Shown piece after piece: positions 9,901 to 20,406 of a stretch of 32,000 nt of DNA. The notes beneath the pieces were generated by a model. It was not told the origin of the DNA. It saw only the letters and a list, made by a program, of their open reading frames with translations, and did not search any database. The stretch spans positions 1,830,001 to 1,862,000 of the forward strand of contig OY759724.1 of assembly GCA_963662715.1 (NCBI GenBank), given 5' to 3'. The stretch is from Candidatus Omnitrophota bacterium (GTDB lineage: Bacteria > Omnitrophota > Gorgyraeia > Zapsychrales > JANLHA01). How positions within the stretch are numbered: position 1 is the first letter of the stretch; the number at the start of each line of letters is the position of its first letter. Made by a program: the position numbers and the translations under genes.

Positions 9901-11109
9901 TTGAACAGGAACGGCGCCATCAGTATTAACAATGAGTATGGCCGGGAATTTGAGCGGTATCAGCTTCCGCAGGGGGCCACCATTAAATACGGCGACGGTT
10001 CCGATATTAAGGAAAATGAAATTTTTGCAACATGGGACCCGTATACCATTCCGATCATTACCGAGGTGAAAGGGATTGTCAATTCCGAAGACCTTATTCA
10101 GGACGTTACGGTCCAGGAAGAACAAAATCCGATTACCGGTATTACGGAGCGCGTCGTTGTTGAACATAAGCTGGAATACCATCCGCAGATCATTATCACG
10201 GACGACAAGAAAGAGGTCGTGGGGATTTATTCCATCCCGGTCGGCGCCCATATCCTTGTCAGCGATAAAGGCACGGTGAGCGCCGGGGATCTGATCGCAA
10301 AAATCCCTCGCGGTGTCGGGAAGACAAGGGATATTACGGGTGGTTTGCCCCGTGTGGCGGAGCTTTTCGAAGCGCGTCGACCGAAGGACCCCGCCATCAT
10401 ATCGGAAATTGACGGGATTGTGGAGTTCGGCGAGGATCGTAAAGGTCTGCGTACGATTGTCGTGCGAAGCAGTACGGGGATGTCCAAGGAATACACGATC
10501 CCCCACGGAAAACATCCTACGGTTTACAAGAATGACCGGGTGTTCGCCGGCCAGCAGCTGACGGACGGTCCGGTTGTCCCGCATGACATTTTGCGCGTGT
10601 GCGGGGACAAGGTCTTGCAGGAATATCTCCTGAATGAAATTCAGGAAGTTTACCGCCTGCAGGGTGTGCGTATCAACGACAAGCATATCGAGCTGATTAT
10701 TTCGCAGATGTTGAAGAAAGTTAAAATCGAGGATTCCGGCGATACAAGTTTTTTGGTCGGCGAACAGGTTGACCGAATAAAGTTTAAAAAAGTGAATGAA
10801 CAAACATTAAAGAAAAAAGGTAAGCCGGCCCAGGCCACACCGCTTCTTTTAGGGATCACAAAAGTGTCTTTGACGACGGAGAGTTTTATCTCTGCCGCAA
10901 GCTTTCAAGAGACGACAAGAGTCTTGACAGAAGCAGCCGCATCTGGTAAAATCGATCTCTTACGCGGCCTAAAAGAAAACGTTATCGTGGGGCATTTGAT
11001 CCCCGCAGGGACGGGCCTTAAGGTTTATGATCAAGTAGAAATGGTGAAATATGCCGACGATACAACAGCTGATTCGCAAGAGTCGCAAACTGAAAAACAA
11101 GAAAACTAA
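6991..11109 (+). CDS. rpoC: DNA-directed RNA polymerase subunit beta' (1372 aa)
   Basis: N-terminal Zn motif (CNCGKY...CDRCG), the catalytic [12 protein letters not shown] motif, and trigger-loop and bridge-helix regions. It starts 2 nt after the rpoB stop. Confidence 0.98.
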   Translation: MATIKKEQIQEDRITIKIAAPDIIKSWSYGIVKKAETLNYRTLKPEKDGLFCERIFGPVRDWECNCGKYKGIKFKGITCDRCGVTVTRSSVRRERMGHIELACPVTHIWFYKAVPSRLSALMQISLRDLEKLIYYEEYVVIDPGDTPLKRKEFLSEDKYQEAIVKYGGAFKAKIGAEAVRELLKDIDLSALCKKLRKDLEKATPAGTNAKKIAKTLKIVEDFKISGNKAEWMVLDVIPVIPPDLRPLVPLEGGRFATSDLNDLYRRVINRNNRLKKLIDLKAPEIIIRNEKRMLQEAVDALLDNGRHGRPVLGSGNRPLKSLSDMLKGKQGRFRMNLLGKRVDYSGRSVIVVGPTLQLHQCGLPKKMALELFEPFIIRELREKGFVHTIKGAKRMVERAKVEVWDILDEVIKDHPIMLNRAPTLHRLSIQAFQPVLVEGKAIKLHPLVCTAFNADFDGDQMAVHLPLSLEAQIECRLQLLSVNNLFSPADGRPIVSPTQDMVLGLYYLTKDREEEQEDRIFGDKDEAIIAYNDGQIQLHTGIKLRLETQVWGDEKPSLIISQEKALVGEKPEERRRISNKQIIETTVGRILFNELLPAAYGFVNDTMDKKRIGAVIADCYKRFGQNTTVNLLDKLKEFGFNMATEAGISIAIADLTSPQQKEVHIKEAKQEVAKVEDQYRKGIITGRERYNKVIDIWTHTTEKISDLVFKQMDAFNPVFIMADSGARGSRLQIRQLSGMRGLMAKPSGEIIENPITASFREGLTVLEYFISTHGARKGLADTALKTADAGYLTRRLVDVAQECVVTELDCGTVNGITVSAIVEGDELVVSLRERIIGRVALDSIVDVITDQVVVEAGEQITEEKAAMIEQLGIEKVRIRSVLTCESDRGACQKCYGRNLASQRLVEIGEAIGVIAAQSIGEPGTQLTMRTFHIGGTASRAVEQSFYRSKNKGIIKYHQLRVVERNKEFVVLNRNGAISINNEYGREFERYQLPQGATIKYGDGSDIKENEIFATWDPYTIPIITEVKGIVNSEDLIQDVTVQEEQNPITGITERVVVEHKLEYHPQIIITDDKKEVVGIYSIPVGAHILVSDKGTVSAGDLIAKIPRGVGKTRDITGGLPRVAELFEARRPKDPAIISEIDGIVEFGEDRKGLRTIVVRSSTGMSKEYTIPHGKHPTVYKNDRVFAGQQLTDGPVVPHDILRVCGDKVLQEYLLNEIQEVYRLQGVRINDKHIELIISQMLKKVKIEDSGDTSFLVGEQVDRIKFKKVNEQTLKKKGKPAQATPLLLGITKVSLTTESFISAASFQETTRVLTEAAASGKIDLLRGLKENVIVGHLIPAGTGLKVYDQVEMVKYADDTTADSQESQTEKQEN

Positions 11110-11422
11110 ATCTCCCGCTTTAGACGAGTGCCCGCAGAAACGCGGGGTGTGTCTGCAGGTGAGAACCATGACGCCCAAAAAACCGAACTCGGCTTTGCGG
11201 AAAATCGCCCGTGTCAGATTGTCAAATCGTATTGAAGTGACAGCCTATATCCCGGGAGAGGGACACAATCTGCAGGAGCACTCCATTGTTCTGGTCCGGG
11301 GCGGACGCGTAAAGGATTTGCCGGGAGTCCGCTATCACATTGTCCGCGGGACATTGGATACGACAGGCGTGGCGAAGCGGAAAAGATCCCGTTCAAAATA
11401 CGGAACCAAGAGAGAGAAGTAA
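11051..11422 (+). CDS. rpsL: 30S ribosomal protein S12
   Basis: [13 protein letters not shown]...[28 protein letters not shown] is S12-like from residue 1. The ATG at 11051 therefore lies inside the 3' end of rpoC. Confidence 0.95.
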   Translation: MPTIQQLIRKSRKLKNKKTKSPALDECPQKRGVCLQVRTMTPKKPNSALRKIARVRLSNRIEVTAYIPGEGHNLQEHSIVLVRGGRVKDLPGVRYHIVRGTLDTTGVAKRKRSRSKYGTKREK

Positions 11423-11892
11423 TGCGAAGACGAAGAGCAGAAAAAAGAGATACGATATCAGACCCAAAATATAACAGTCCTTTGGTCGCTCGCTTTATCA
11501 ATACGCTTATGATTAAGGGAAAGAAGACTACGGCTGAAAAGATTGTATATGGAGCCATGGATATTCTGAAAGAACGAACACATGAAGAAAGCGGCTTAAA
11601 AGTTTTTAACAAAGCCGTTGATAATATTCGGCCCCGTCTGGAATTAAAACCGAGGCGGGTTGGCGGAGCAACCTACCAGATTCCTGTGGAAGTGAATGTC
11701 CCTCGCGGAAATTCATTGGCTTTGCGCTGGGTGCGGGATTTTGCCCGTAAGAAAAAGGGTAAGCCGATGATGGTCAAATTGGCTGATGAGCTTTTGGCTG
11801 CTTATAAATCAGAGGGGCCTGCCATTAAGAAACGAGACGAGACGCATAAGATGGCTGAGGCGAATAAGGCTTTTGCGCATTTGAGGTGGTAA
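11422..11892 (+). CDS. rpsG: 30S ribosomal protein S7
   Basis: [32 protein letters not shown] is the S7 N-terminus. The start overlaps the rpsL stop by 1 nt (TAATG). Confidence 0.96.
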   Translation: MRRRRAEKRDTISDPKYNSPLVARFINTLMIKGKKTTAEKIVYGAMDILKERTHEESGLKVFNKAVDNIRPRLELKPRRVGGATYQIPVEVNVPRGNSLALRWVRDFARKKKGKPMMVKLADELLAAYKSEGPAIKKRDETHKMAEANKAFAHLRW

Positions 11893-11896
11893 ACTA

Positions 11897-13999
11897 ATGG
11901 AACAAACTCCTTTAAATGATGTAAGGAACATAGGGATTATTGCCCATATTGACGCCGGCAAGACAACGACGACCGAGCGTATTCTCTATTATTCCGGGGT
12001 TATCCACAAGATGGGGACCGTTGATGAAGGCAACGCAACCATGGACTGGATGGCGCAGGAACAGGAGCGGGGGATCACAATCACGTCGGCTAACACGACC
12101 TGTTATTGGCAGAAGCGGAAGATTAATATTATTGATACCCCTGGTCACGTTGATTTTACGGTCGAGGTGGAGCGCTCTTTGAAAGTTTTGGACGGAGCGG
12201 TTGTGGTGTTGTGTGCAACCAGCGGTGTACAGTCTCAGACAGAAACAGTCTGGCGGCAGGCCGATAGATATCATGTCCCGCGGATGATTTTTATTAACAA
12301 AATTGACCGCATGGGCGCTGATTATGATCGTATCATTGATGAAATACATGACCGTTTGGGCTGTAATGCCGCAGCGATAAATTTTCCGGATGGGGCGGAA
12401 GATGATTTTAAGGGTGTCGTCGATGTTCTTCACCGCCAATATATCACATACGAGGATGATCAGGGCATGGTTCTGAAACGCACAGCTATTCCGGAGCACC
12501 TTCAGGAGAAGACGGCGAAATATTATCACGAGCTTATAGAGGCCTTGTCGGACGTTGATGATGAGATTATGATGAAGTTTCTTGAAGAAAAAGAAATAAC
12601 TCCTCAGGAGATTAAAACGGCTATCCGCAGAGAAGTTATTAAGAATAAATTTATTCCGATTATGGTCGGCACAGCTTTGAGAAACCGCGGTATTCAGCTC
12701 CTGCTGGACGGAATTGTCGAATATATGCCGTCCCCCCTTGATGTCCCCCCTATAACCGGCACAAATCCCAAAACACAAGAATATACAGAACGCAAGGCAT
12801 CCGCAGAGGCTCCGTTGGCGGCTTTGGTCTTTAAGATCGCTTCAGATCCCTATGTCGGGAAACTGTTTTATACCAGGATTTATTCCGGAGAGATTTCATC
12901 CGGGTCCACGGTTTATAATCCGACCGTTCGGGCGAAGGAACGTATCGCGAAGATCGTTGTGATGCACTCCAATAAACAGGAAATCGTGCCTAAGGTCGGA
13001 GCCGGAGAAATTGTCGCCTTGGTAGGGTTAAAAGAGACGAAATCAGGGCACACAATATGTTCGGACTCTCAACAAATTCTTATTGAAAGCATGAAAGTGC
13101 CTGAGCCCGTAGTCTCTATGGCGATTGAGCCGAAATCCAAAGCCGACCAGGATAAACTTGGTCTGGCTTTAAGAAAATTTTTGGATGAAGATCCGTCCCT
13201 GCGCGTTCAATATGATCATGAAACAGGCCAGACGATTATTTCCGGAATGGGGGAACTGCATTTGGAAATTATCATTGATCGTATGAAGCGCGAGAATAAC
13301 CTGGAAACCCATATCGGCCGGCCGCAGGTCGCATATCGGGAGGCTATTACTGAGAAAGTTACCGGCATTGTCGGAAAATTTATCTCACAGACCGGCGGCC
13401 GCGGTCAGTACGGACATTGTGTCATTAACATGGAGCCGGCAGAAAACCCCGGGGACGGGATTATTTTCCATAACCGTATTAAGGGAGGCGCTATCCCGAG
13501 AGAATATATCCCGGCGGTTGAGAAAGGTATCCGAGAGGGCGCGCTGAACGGTATCTTAGCCGGTTATCCGGTGACGGATTTTGTGGTGACTTTAGTTGAC
13601 GGGACATATCATGAAGTGGATTCCAGTGAACTGGCTTTTCAGATGGCCGGAAAAATGGCGCTCCGGGAAGGCCTGCAAAAAGGGCGGTCCGTGTTTTTAG
13701 AGCCTGTTATGGATTTGGAAGCATCCGCTCCGGAAGAGTTCATGGGGGCCGTGATGGGGGATTTGAACACCCGCCGGGCGAAAATTGTCAATTTAGGAAC
13801 TAGAGGGAAATTAAAGACGGCTCGTTGCGAAGTGCCTTTGGCCGAAATGTTTAATTATGCCAATGCCCTTCGTTCACTCACTCAGGGCCGTGCTTCTTTT
13901 TCAATGGAGCCAGCATTTTATGCTGAGGTCCCTTATCATATCGCTGAAAAGATTAAAGGTTCAAGACAAGACGTTATGGCAAAAGCGGGTCGAACATAA
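11897..13999 (+). CDS. fusA: Elongation factor G
   Basis: NIGIIAHIDAGKTTTTERILYYSG and DTPGHVDFT GTPase motifs, in a 700-aa protein with EF-G domain architecture. Confidence 0.98.
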   Translation: MEQTPLNDVRNIGIIAHIDAGKTTTTERILYYSGVIHKMGTVDEGNATMDWMAQEQERGITITSANTTCYWQKRKINIIDTPGHVDFTVEVERSLKVLDGAVVVLCATSGVQSQTETVWRQADRYHVPRMIFINKIDRMGADYDRIIDEIHDRLGCNAAAINFPDGAEDDFKGVVDVLHRQYITYEDDQGMVLKRTAIPEHLQEKTAKYYHELIEALSDVDDEIMMKFLEEKEITPQEIKTAIRREVIKNKFIPIMVGTALRNRGIQLLLDGIVEYMPSPLDVPPITGTNPKTQEYTERKASAEAPLAALVFKIASDPYVGKLFYTRIYSGEISSGSTVYNPTVRAKERIAKIVVMHSNKQEIVPKVGAGEIVALVGLKETKSGHTICSDSQQILIESMKVPEPVVSMAIEPKSKADQDKLGLALRKFLDEDPSLRVQYDHETGQTIISGMGELHLEIIIDRMKRENNLETHIGRPQVAYREAITEKVTGIVGKFISQTGGRGQYGHCVINMEPAENPGDGIIFHNRIKGGAIPREYIPAVEKGIREGALNGILAGYPVTDFVVTLVDGTYHEVDSSELAFQMAGKMALREGLQKGRSVFLEPVMDLEASAPEEFMGAVMGDLNTRRAKIVNLGTRGKLKTARCEVPLAEMFNYANALRSLTQGRASFSMEPAFYAEVPYHIAEKIKGSRQDVMAKAGRT

Positions 14000-14029
14000 A
14001 AAGAATTTAAATAAAAAGGGAGGAATGTC

Positions 14030-15223
14030 ATGGCTAAGGAAAAATTTGTAAGAAATAAACCGCATTTGAACATCGGTACGATTGGTCACGTTGATCATGG
14101 AAAGACAACGTTAAGTGCGGCCATAACCATGATTCTGAGCAAAAAAGGTCTGGCGGAAGTTCGCTCATACGATTCTATTGACAATGCTCCGGAAGAGAAA
14201 GAACGCGGGGTTACGATTAATATTGCTCACCTTGAATATGAAACAGATAAGCGCCATTATGCCCATATCGACTGTCCGGGTCACGCCGACTACATTAAGA
14301 ATATGATTACCGGTGCTGCTCAGATGGACGGGGCGATTCTGGTTGTTTCCGCTGCTGACGGTCCTATGCCTCAGACCCGCGAACACATCCTGTTAGCCCG
14401 TCAGGTGAACGTTCCCCGTCTCGTCGTATTCTTGAACAAATGCGACCAGGTTGAGGATCCGGACCTGCTGGAACTGGTGGAACTGGAAGTCCGTGAACTG
14501 TTGTCCAAATATCAGTTTGACGGGGATAATACTCCCATTCTTAAAGGAAGCGCTTTGGATGCCTTGAACGACATGGAAAATGAAGAGAAGATTAAGCCGA
14601 TTCTGGATCTTATGCAGGCTGTGGATGATTATATCCCGGAACCGGTGCGTGATTTGGACAAGCCGTTTTCTATGGCCGTGGAAGACGTCTTTTCTATTTC
14701 CGGCCGAGGAACAGTGGCCACCGGCCGTATCGAAAGAGGGAAGGTTAAGGTTGGCGAAGAAGTGGACTGCGTCGGCTTGCGTCCGGAAATCCAGAAGACG
14801 GTTGTGACGGGTGTGGAAATGTTCCGTAAAGAACTAGATGAAGGGCAGGCCGGGGATAACGTCGGTTTGCTTTTAAGAGGTATGGATAAAGATGCTATTG
14901 AGCGTGGCATGGTTTTGGCCAAGCCGGGATCAATCACCCCGCACACCAAATTCAAAGCCACTGTTTACGTCCTGAAGAAGGAAGAAGGCGGACGTCATAC
15001 GCCGTTTTTTAAGGGGTATCGTCCGCAATTTTATTTCCGTACGACGGACGTTACCGGAACAGCGACTCTTCCGGAAGGTGTGGAAATGTGTATGCCGGGT
15101 GACAATGTTGAATTGACCGTAGAGTTGATTATCCCGGTTGCGTTGGAAAAAGAATTGCGATTCGCTATTCGTGAAGGCGGCCGGACCGTTGGTGCGGGTG
15201 TCGTCTCTGAAGTTATAGCTTAA
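14030..15223 (+). CDS. tuf: Elongation factor Tu
   Basis: [54 protein letters not shown] and NKCD motifs, with an AAGGGAGG Shine-Dalgarno upstream. Confidence 0.98.
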   Translation: MAKEKFVRNKPHLNIGTIGHVDHGKTTLSAAITMILSKKGLAEVRSYDSIDNAPEEKERGVTINIAHLEYETDKRHYAHIDCPGHADYIKNMITGAAQMDGAILVVSAADGPMPQTREHILLARQVNVPRLVVFLNKCDQVEDPDLLELVELEVRELLSKYQFDGDNTPILKGSALDALNDMENEEKIKPILDLMQAVDDYIPEPVRDLDKPFSMAVEDVFSISGRGTVATGRIERGKVKVGEEVDCVGLRPEIQKTVVTGVEMFRKELDEGQAGDNVGLLLRGMDKDAIERGMVLAKPGSITPHTKFKATVYVLKKEEGGRHTPFFKGYRPQFYFRTTDVTGTATLPEGVEMCMPGDNVELTVELIIPVALEKELRFAIREGGRTVGAGVVSEVIA

Positions 15224-15296
15224 TATACGTTATGACAACTTAATTGAGGTGTTTGGGGGTTTTGCCCAAAACCGGCAGGAATCTCAAACAAAGCTT

Positions 15297-15599
15297 ATGC
15301 AGAAAATTAGAATAAAATTAAAGGCTTATGATCATCGGCTGATTGATCAGTCAGCGCAAGAAATTGTCGATACAGCTATCCGCACGGGAGCCCGGGTCTC
15401 CGGCCCAGTGCCGTTGCCGACCAAAAAGGAATTATACACGGTTTTGCGGTCGCCGCATATCGACAAGAAGTCTCGGGAACAGTTTCATCTGGCAATTCAT
15501 AAACGTCTTATTGATTTGCTTGATCCAACTGCCAAAACCGTTGAAGCTTTGCGCAAACTCAATCTGCCGGCCGGGGTCGATGTGGAGATAAAGCAGTAA
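15297..15599 (+). CDS. rpsJ: 30S ribosomal protein S10
   Basis: [27 protein letters not shown] is the canonical S10 N-terminus. The start was moved from the ORF-track GTG 15249 to ATG 15297. Confidence 0.92.
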   Translation: MQKIRIKLKAYDHRLIDQSAQEIVDTAIRTGARVSGPVPLPTKKELYTVLRSPHIDKKSREQFHLAIHKRLIDLLDPTAKTVEALRKLNLPAGVDVEIKQ

Positions 15600-15632
15600 A
15601 TCCTGGCCATTTTGTTGATATGGAGAATTAAG

Positions 15633-16343
15633 ATGATACGCGGATTACTGGGAAGAAAAATAGGTATGACTCAGATTTTCGATAAGGAAGGGAACGTGCT
15701 TCCTGTTACAGTCGTGAAGACCGGCCCCTGTGCGATTTTGGCTCTTAAAGATTCTCCCGCTAAAGTTCAGGTGGGGTTTGAGTCCGTTAGGGAGTCGAAT
15801 TTAAAAAAACCGCAGGCGGGGTATTACAAAAAATTGGGTGTCAATCCTTTGCGTATCATCCGGGAATTTGATTCCACCGATAATAAGGATTATAAGGTGG
15901 GGCAGGAGCTTAAAGCCGATGTCTTTAAAGCCGGAGATTTCGTGGACGTCTCCGGAATATCAAAAGGAAAAGGTTTTTCCGGAGGGATGAAGCGCTGGAA
16001 TTGGTCCGGCGGACCTAAAGGTCACGGTTCCATGCATCATCGCCGGGTCGGTTCGATCGGTGCCAGTGCGGACCCGTCACGGACGTTTCGAGGAACTCAT
16101 ATGCCCGGACAGATGGGGTCGGAAAGAGTCACGGTTCAGAGTTTGCGGGTGATGGAAGTGAACGCCGAGCAGGATTTGCTCCTGATTAAAGGCGCTGTCC
16201 CGGGCCCGAGAAATGCTATCTTAGAGATTCATATATCGAAAAAGAAGAAATTCCAATCTCTGGAAGAGAAGAAAGCTGTTGTTATTCATAAGAAGAATCC
16301 TATGAAACAAAGTAAAGCAAAAGCTAAAGGGAAGAAAAAATAG
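15633..16343 (+). CDS. rplC: 50S ribosomal protein L3 (with a Lys-rich C-terminal tail)
   Basis: MIRGLLGRKIGMTQIFD is the L3 N-terminus. A GGAGA Shine-Dalgarno at 15622-15626 precedes ATG 15633. Confidence 0.95.
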   Translation: MIRGLLGRKIGMTQIFDKEGNVLPVTVVKTGPCAILALKDSPAKVQVGFESVRESNLKKPQAGYYKKLGVNPLRIIREFDSTDNKDYKVGQELKADVFKAGDFVDVSGISKGKGFSGGMKRWNWSGGPKGHGSMHHRRVGSIGASADPSRTFRGTHMPGQMGSERVTVQSLRVMEVNAEQDLLLIKGAVPGPRNAILEIHISKKKKFQSLEEKKAVVIHKKNPMKQSKAKAKGKKK

Positions 16344-16358
16344 ATTTAAAGGACTAGA

Positions 16359-16994
16359 ATGTCAACATTACCTGTATTAGATAAAAGCGGAAAAGAAATA
16401 GAGCAGCTGAACCTGCCGGAAGAGATCTTCAGCGGTCATGTTAACACGGCTGTGATTCATCAGGCTATTGTCATGTATCAGGCCTGCTTAAGGCAGGGGA
16501 ATGCTTCGACCAAGGAGCGGGGTTCTGTTTCTGGAGGAGGCAAGAAACCCTACCGGCAGAAAGGTACGGGACGGGCGCGTATCGGTTCTAACCGCGCACC
16601 ACAATATATTGGCGGCGGTGTTGTCTTCGGCCCGCATCCGCGTGATTACCGGTATTCTCTTCCGAAAAAAATGCGGTTAAAAGCTCTGCAGGAAAGCTTG
16701 AACGCCAAATTTCAAGCCGATGATTTGTTGTTCGTGGCAGAATTGACGGACAAGTTTACCAAGACAAAGGATTTTGCAAAAATATTGAAGACATGGGTTG
16801 AGCGGGGAAAAATCCTGGCTTTATTAGATGGCAGTGATTCCAGTGTTCATCTGGTGAGCCGTAACATCGACCGGTTCCAGATGATCCGCGCCGAAGATGT
16901 CAATGCTTACGATGTTATGAAGAATAAGAAGTTATTATTAACGAAGACGGCCTTGGATAAAATTTTACAACGTTTAGGGACAAAAGAGAAATGA
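16359..16994 (+). CDS. rplD: 50S ribosomal protein L4
   Basis: [20 protein letters not shown]...GGGVVFGP is the L4 motif, and the gene sits in the conserved position. Confidence 0.96.
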   Translation: MSTLPVLDKSGKEIEQLNLPEEIFSGHVNTAVIHQAIVMYQACLRQGNASTKERGSVSGGGKKPYRQKGTGRARIGSNRAPQYIGGGVVFGPHPRDYRYSLPKKMRLKALQESLNAKFQADDLLFVAELTDKFTKTKDFAKILKTWVERGKILALLDGSDSSVHLVSRNIDRFQMIRAEDVNAYDVMKNKKLLLTKTALDKILQRLGTKEK

Positions 16995-17269
16995 TTACAA
17001 GTTATGATATTGTTCAATCTTTAATCAGGACAGAAAAGGGATCCGCCTTAGAAACACAGGGCAAATATCTCTTTCAGGTGGCGTTATTCGCCAATAAAAT
17101 TGAAATTCAAAAGGCTATAGAAGAAATTTACAATGTCAAAGTGGATTCCGTTAACACGATTATTATGCCGTCCAAACGGAAAAGAGTCCGGCAGCAGTTC
17201 GGGCACACCTCCCAATGGAAGAAAGCGATTGTGACATTGAAACAGGGATTTAAAATCGACGTAACTTAA
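16991..17269 (+). CDS. rplW: 50S ribosomal protein L23
   Basis: L23-like sequence ([19 protein letters not shown]...[14 protein letters not shown]). An ATGA junction overlaps rplD by 4 nt. Confidence 0.93.
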   Translation: MITSYDIVQSLIRTEKGSALETQGKYLFQVALFANKIEIQKAIEEIYNVKVDSVNTIIMPSKRKRVRQQFGHTSQWKKAIVTLKQGFKIDVT

Positions 17270-17285
17270 GAGTGAGGAACTATTT

Positions 17286-18122
17286 GTGGGTATAAAACGT
17301 TATAAACCAACAACAAATGCATTAAGGCATACGGCTTTGTCCGACTTCTCCGAAATCACAAAATCCAAGCCGGAGAAATCTTTACTGCGTCCGTTAAAAA
17401 AATCAGGCGGCCGGAATATGTACGGCCGGGTCACGGCCCGTTACCGCAGCGGCGGACATAAGAGAATGTACCGGCTCATAGATTTTAAACGGCAGCGAAC
17501 GGATGATGTTGCGAACGTTTTGGCCATTGAATATGATCCTAACAGGTCAGCGCGCATTGCTTTAATTCAATATCAGGATCAAACTAAAGCTTATATTTTA
17601 GCCCCTTTGGAATTAAAGGTCGGCGATCAGGTTGTCAGTTCCATCGAGGAACGCGTTGAGATCAAGGCGGGGAACTGCATGCCGCTTTACAATATTCCGT
17701 TAGGCACGGCTGTACACAATATTGAACTTGTTCCCGGTAAGGGCGGGCAGATCGTTCGTTCTGCAGGGACTTCCGCTCAATTGATTGCCAAGGAAGGGGA
17801 TTTTGTTCTGTTGCGCCTTCCTTCCAGCGAGGTTCGGAAAGTGCGCGGTCATTGCCGGGCTACGATCGGTCAGCTGGGAAATGTAGAGCATGAGAGCCAG
17901 TCGCTAGGAAAAGCCGGCCGCAGCCGCTGGTTGGGTCGAAAGGGCAATGTCCGGGGTGTGGCCATGAATCCCATCGACCATCCTCATGGAGGCGGTGAAG
18001 GAAAGGCCCCGCAGGGGAATCCTCATCCGGTGACGCCCTGGGGCAAAGCGACTAAGGGGTTAAAAACAAGAAAAAGAAAGAAATATTCTGATCGTTTTAT
18101 CGTTAAGCGAAGGACTAAGTAA
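17286..18122 (+). CDS. rplB: 50S ribosomal protein L2
   Basis: [23 protein letters not shown] and [13 protein letters not shown] motifs. The GTG start is preceded by a GAGGA Shine-Dalgarno. Confidence 0.97.
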   Translation: MGIKRYKPTTNALRHTALSDFSEITKSKPEKSLLRPLKKSGGRNMYGRVTARYRSGGHKRMYRLIDFKRQRTDDVANVLAIEYDPNRSARIALIQYQDQTKAYILAPLELKVGDQVVSSIEERVEIKAGNCMPLYNIPLGTAVHNIELVPGKGGQIVRSAGTSAQLIAKEGDFVLLRLPSSEVRKVRGHCRATIGQLGNVEHESQSLGKAGRSRWLGRKGNVRGVAMNPIDHPHGGGEGKAPQGNPHPVTPWGKATKGLKTRKRKKYSDRFIVKRRTK

Positions 18123-18123
18123 C

Positions 18124-18411
18124 ATGGCTAGGTCAATTAAAAAAGGCCCGTTTGTGGCCGAGAAGTTGGAAAAAAAATTAAGACGTATGATTGAAACGGG
18201 ACAACGGCAGCCCATCAAAACCTGGTCAAGACAATCAACGATTACTCCGGAGTTTGTCGGGTTCACGATTGCCGTTCATAATGGCCGAAGGCATGAACCT
18301 ATTTTCATCACAGAAAATATGGTCGGTTATAAATTCGGCGACTTTGTCCCGACCAGGACGTTCCGTAAACACGGCGGGGTTAAGGCCAAGAAAGCACCGG
18401 CGAAAACTTAA
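18124..18411 (+). CDS. rpsS: 30S ribosomal protein S19
   Basis: [15 protein letters not shown]...[33 protein letters not shown]. Confidence 0.97.
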   Translation: MARSIKKGPFVAEKLEKKLRRMIETGQRQPIKTWSRQSTITPEFVGFTIAVHNGRRHEPIFITENMVGYKFGDFVPTRTFRKHGGVKAKKAPAKT

Positions 18412-18452
18412 TGAATACAAAGTCTAAAGCTTTAATAGAAAAGAATTGAAAA

Positions 18453-18788
18453 ATGATAGCAAAAGCACAGGGAAGATATATTAGAGTTACATCCAGCAAG
18501 GCGAAACAAGTTGTTGATCTTATCCGCGGACGGGATGTGGTAACATCATTGGCTTTGCTCAGGCAAACGAACAAACGGGTCACGGATATCCTGATCAAGA
18601 TTTTGAACTCGGCCGTCAGTAATGCCAAACAAAAAGGCTTAACCGAAGATCAGCTGTATATTTCCAAGATCACCGCTGATCAGGGACCCATGTGGAAGAG
18701 ATATCGGGCGGCAACGTTCGGCCGTGCGACCCCGATTCTTAAAAGGACGACACATTTGACAATAGAATTGGATCTTATTACTAAATAG
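18453..18788 (+). CDS. rplV: 50S ribosomal protein L22
   Basis: AKAQGRYIRVTSSKAKQVVDLIRGRDV is the L22 N-terminus, and the gene sits in the conserved position. Confidence 0.94.
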   Translation: MIAKAQGRYIRVTSSKAKQVVDLIRGRDVVTSLALLRQTNKRVTDILIKILNSAVSNAKQKGLTEDQLYISKITADQGPMWKRYRAATFGRATPILKRTTHLTIELDLITK

Positions 18789-18801
18789 GAGAATTTACGC
18801 C

Positions 18802-19473
18802 GTGGGACAAAAGGTACATCCTTACATTCAAAGAATCGGATTAATCAAGAATTGGCGCAGCCTTTGGTATGCTGATGGCGTAAAATATGCCCAGAACATC
18901 GCTGAGGATTTTAAGATCAGGAAGTATATTCGCAAGAAATTTATTCATGCCGCAGTCTCTTATATTGTCATAGAACGGTTAGCCGCTGATCAGGTGAAAA
19001 TCAAAATAGCTTCCGCGCGGCCGGGCATTATTATCGGACGCCGGGGAGCGGATATCGATAAACTCAGGGATGACTTAAGTAAAATAACGAAGAGTGAAAT
19101 TGCCATCGATATTATTGAGATCAAGGATTCTTTTTTGGAGTCCCAGCTGGTCGCCCAGAATATCGCTTTTCAGCTGGAAAAACGTGTGGCTTTTCGAAGA
19201 GCTGTCAAGCGGGCCATCGATCAGTCAAGGCAAGCCGGGGCTTTGGGTATTCGAGTTAAAGTTTCGGGCCGTTTGGGTGGTGCGGAAATGGCCAGAAAAG
19301 AAACGTATAAAGAAGGCTCGATCCCCTTGCAGACTTTTCGTGCGGATGTGGATTATGGATTTGCCGAAGCTCACACAACATACGGGGTCATCGGCGTGAA
19401 AGTCTGGATTTATAAGGGAGAAATTATTCGGGAAAAGAAAAGGGTAAGACCTTCAGAGTCCAAGAGTTCTTAA
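18802..19473 (+). CDS. rpsC: 30S ribosomal protein S3
   Basis: MGQKVHPYIQRIGLIKNW.S.WYA and the KH-domain motif GIIIGRRGADI. The GTG start follows an AGGAG Shine-Dalgarno. Confidence 0.97.
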   Translation: MGQKVHPYIQRIGLIKNWRSLWYADGVKYAQNIAEDFKIRKYIRKKFIHAAVSYIVIERLAADQVKIKIASARPGIIIGRRGADIDKLRDDLSKITKSEIAIDIIEIKDSFLESQLVAQNIAFQLEKRVAFRRAVKRAIDQSRQAGALGIRVKVSGRLGGAEMARKETYKEGSIPLQTFRADVDYGFAEAHTTYGVIGVKVWIYKGEIIREKKRVRPSESKSS

Positions 19474-19487
19474 AGGAGTAAACGATC

Positions 19488-19910
19488 ATGTTGTTAATGC
19501 CAAGAAAAGTCAAATACCGTAAAGCCCAGAAAGGAAAGAATCGTGGCATTGCGACACGCGGCAGTCATTTGCGTTTTGGTGAGTACGGACTTAAGGCCCT
19601 TGAAAACGGTCTTGTCCGGGCGAATCATATGGAAGCCTGCCGGTTGGTCATTGCCAGGAAGCTTCGGGGGACGGGCAAGATGTGGATCAATATGTTCCCC
19701 TGCAAGCCGGTGACGAAAAAACCGGCGGAAACACGAATGGGGAAAGGTAAAGGCGATTTGTCCCACTGGGTGGCCCCGGTTCAAAGAGGAAAAGTTCTTA
19801 TTGAGATCAGCGGCATCCCGGAAGATTTTGCCCGTACGGTTCTTCGTTTGGTCTCTTTTAAGTTGCCGGTAAAGACAAAGTTTGTTACCCGGGCTTCACA
19901 AGGTCACTAA
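19488..19910 (+). CDS. rplP: 50S ribosomal protein L16
   Basis: MLLMPRKVKYRKAQKGKNRG.A.RG and TRMGKGKG motifs. ATG 19497 is an alternative start. Confidence 0.95.
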   Translation: MLLMPRKVKYRKAQKGKNRGIATRGSHLRFGEYGLKALENGLVRANHMEACRLVIARKLRGTGKMWINMFPCKPVTKKPAETRMGKGKGDLSHWVAPVQRGKVLIEISGIPEDFARTVLRLVSFKLPVKTKFVTRASQGH

Positions 19911-19951
19911 GCTAAAAATATCGAGTTCGGATCAAAAAGGCGCAAAAAATA

Positions 19952-20158
19952 ATGAAAGCAAAAGATTTAAGAAGTTTAAGTACCGAAGACTTGCATCAGA
20001 AAGAGAAAGCTCTGAAGAAAGAACTTTTTGAGCTGAGATATCAGCGTAAAATCGGACGGGTTGAAAGACCGTCCATGTTCAAACTGACCAAAAAAGATAT
20101 TGCACGTATTCAAACTATATTGAATGAAAGAGATAAAGATGGAAACAAGGGACAATAG
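19952..20158 (+). CDS. rpmC: 50S ribosomal protein L29
   Basis: MKAKDLRSLSTEDLHQKEKALKKELFELRYQ is a typical L29 sequence. Confidence 0.94.
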   Translation: MKAKDLRSLSTEDLHQKEKALKKELFELRYQRKIGRVERPSMFKLTKKDIARIQTILNERDKDGNKGQ

Positions 20159-20396
20159 AAGAAAATTCCTTTCCGGGGAAGTCGTCAGTGACAAAATGAA
20201 TAAAACGCGTGTTGTGCAAGTCCGCTGGTCGACGAAACATTCCAAGTATAATAAGACGATGCGGCGGGCCGTTAAATACAAAGCGCATGACGAGAAGAAC
20301 GCCAGCAAACTGGGGGACGTTGTGAAAATTATGGAAACCCGGCCGTTGTCCAAAGATAAACGCTGGGTCATTATGGAAATTGTCAAAACGAGTTAA
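20139..20396 (+). CDS. rpsQ: 30S ribosomal protein S17
   Basis: RRKFLSGEVVSDKMNKTRVVQV....H.KY.K is the S17 core. I prefer the start at ATG 20139 (METRDNRRK). The ORF-track start 20124 is possible. Either start overlaps the end of rpmC. Confidence 0.88.
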   Translation: METRDNRRKFLSGEVVSDKMNKTRVVQVRWSTKHSKYNKTMRRAVKYKAHDEKNASKLGDVVKIMETRPLSKDKRWVIMEIVKTS

Positions 20397-20406
20397 AGAG
20401 GACACT

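Noticed and set aside
9820-10803. Long minus-strand ORFs antisense to conserved genes: 327 aa here, plus 4739-5602 (287 aa), 11912-12778 (288 aa), 3818-4480 (220 aa), 8497-9087, 25715-26296 and 30345-30920.
   Set aside because: Each lies wholly inside a + strand gene whose translation is unmistakably conserved (rpoC, rpoB, fusA, adk, rplQ). Their translations are Arg/Pro/Ser-rich low-complexity sequences with no recognisable motifs and no Shine-Dalgarno. They are typical shadow ORFs.
15252-15273. A small hairpin in the tuf-rpsJ spacer (GGTTTT-GCCC-AAAACC, or alternatively TTTGGG/CCCAAA), considered as a tuf terminator or S10-leader element.
   Set aside because: The stem is only 6 bp with mostly A-T/G-C mixed pairs and has no following U-tract. 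It is far smaller than the known S10 leader structure and cannot be distinguished from chance by eye.
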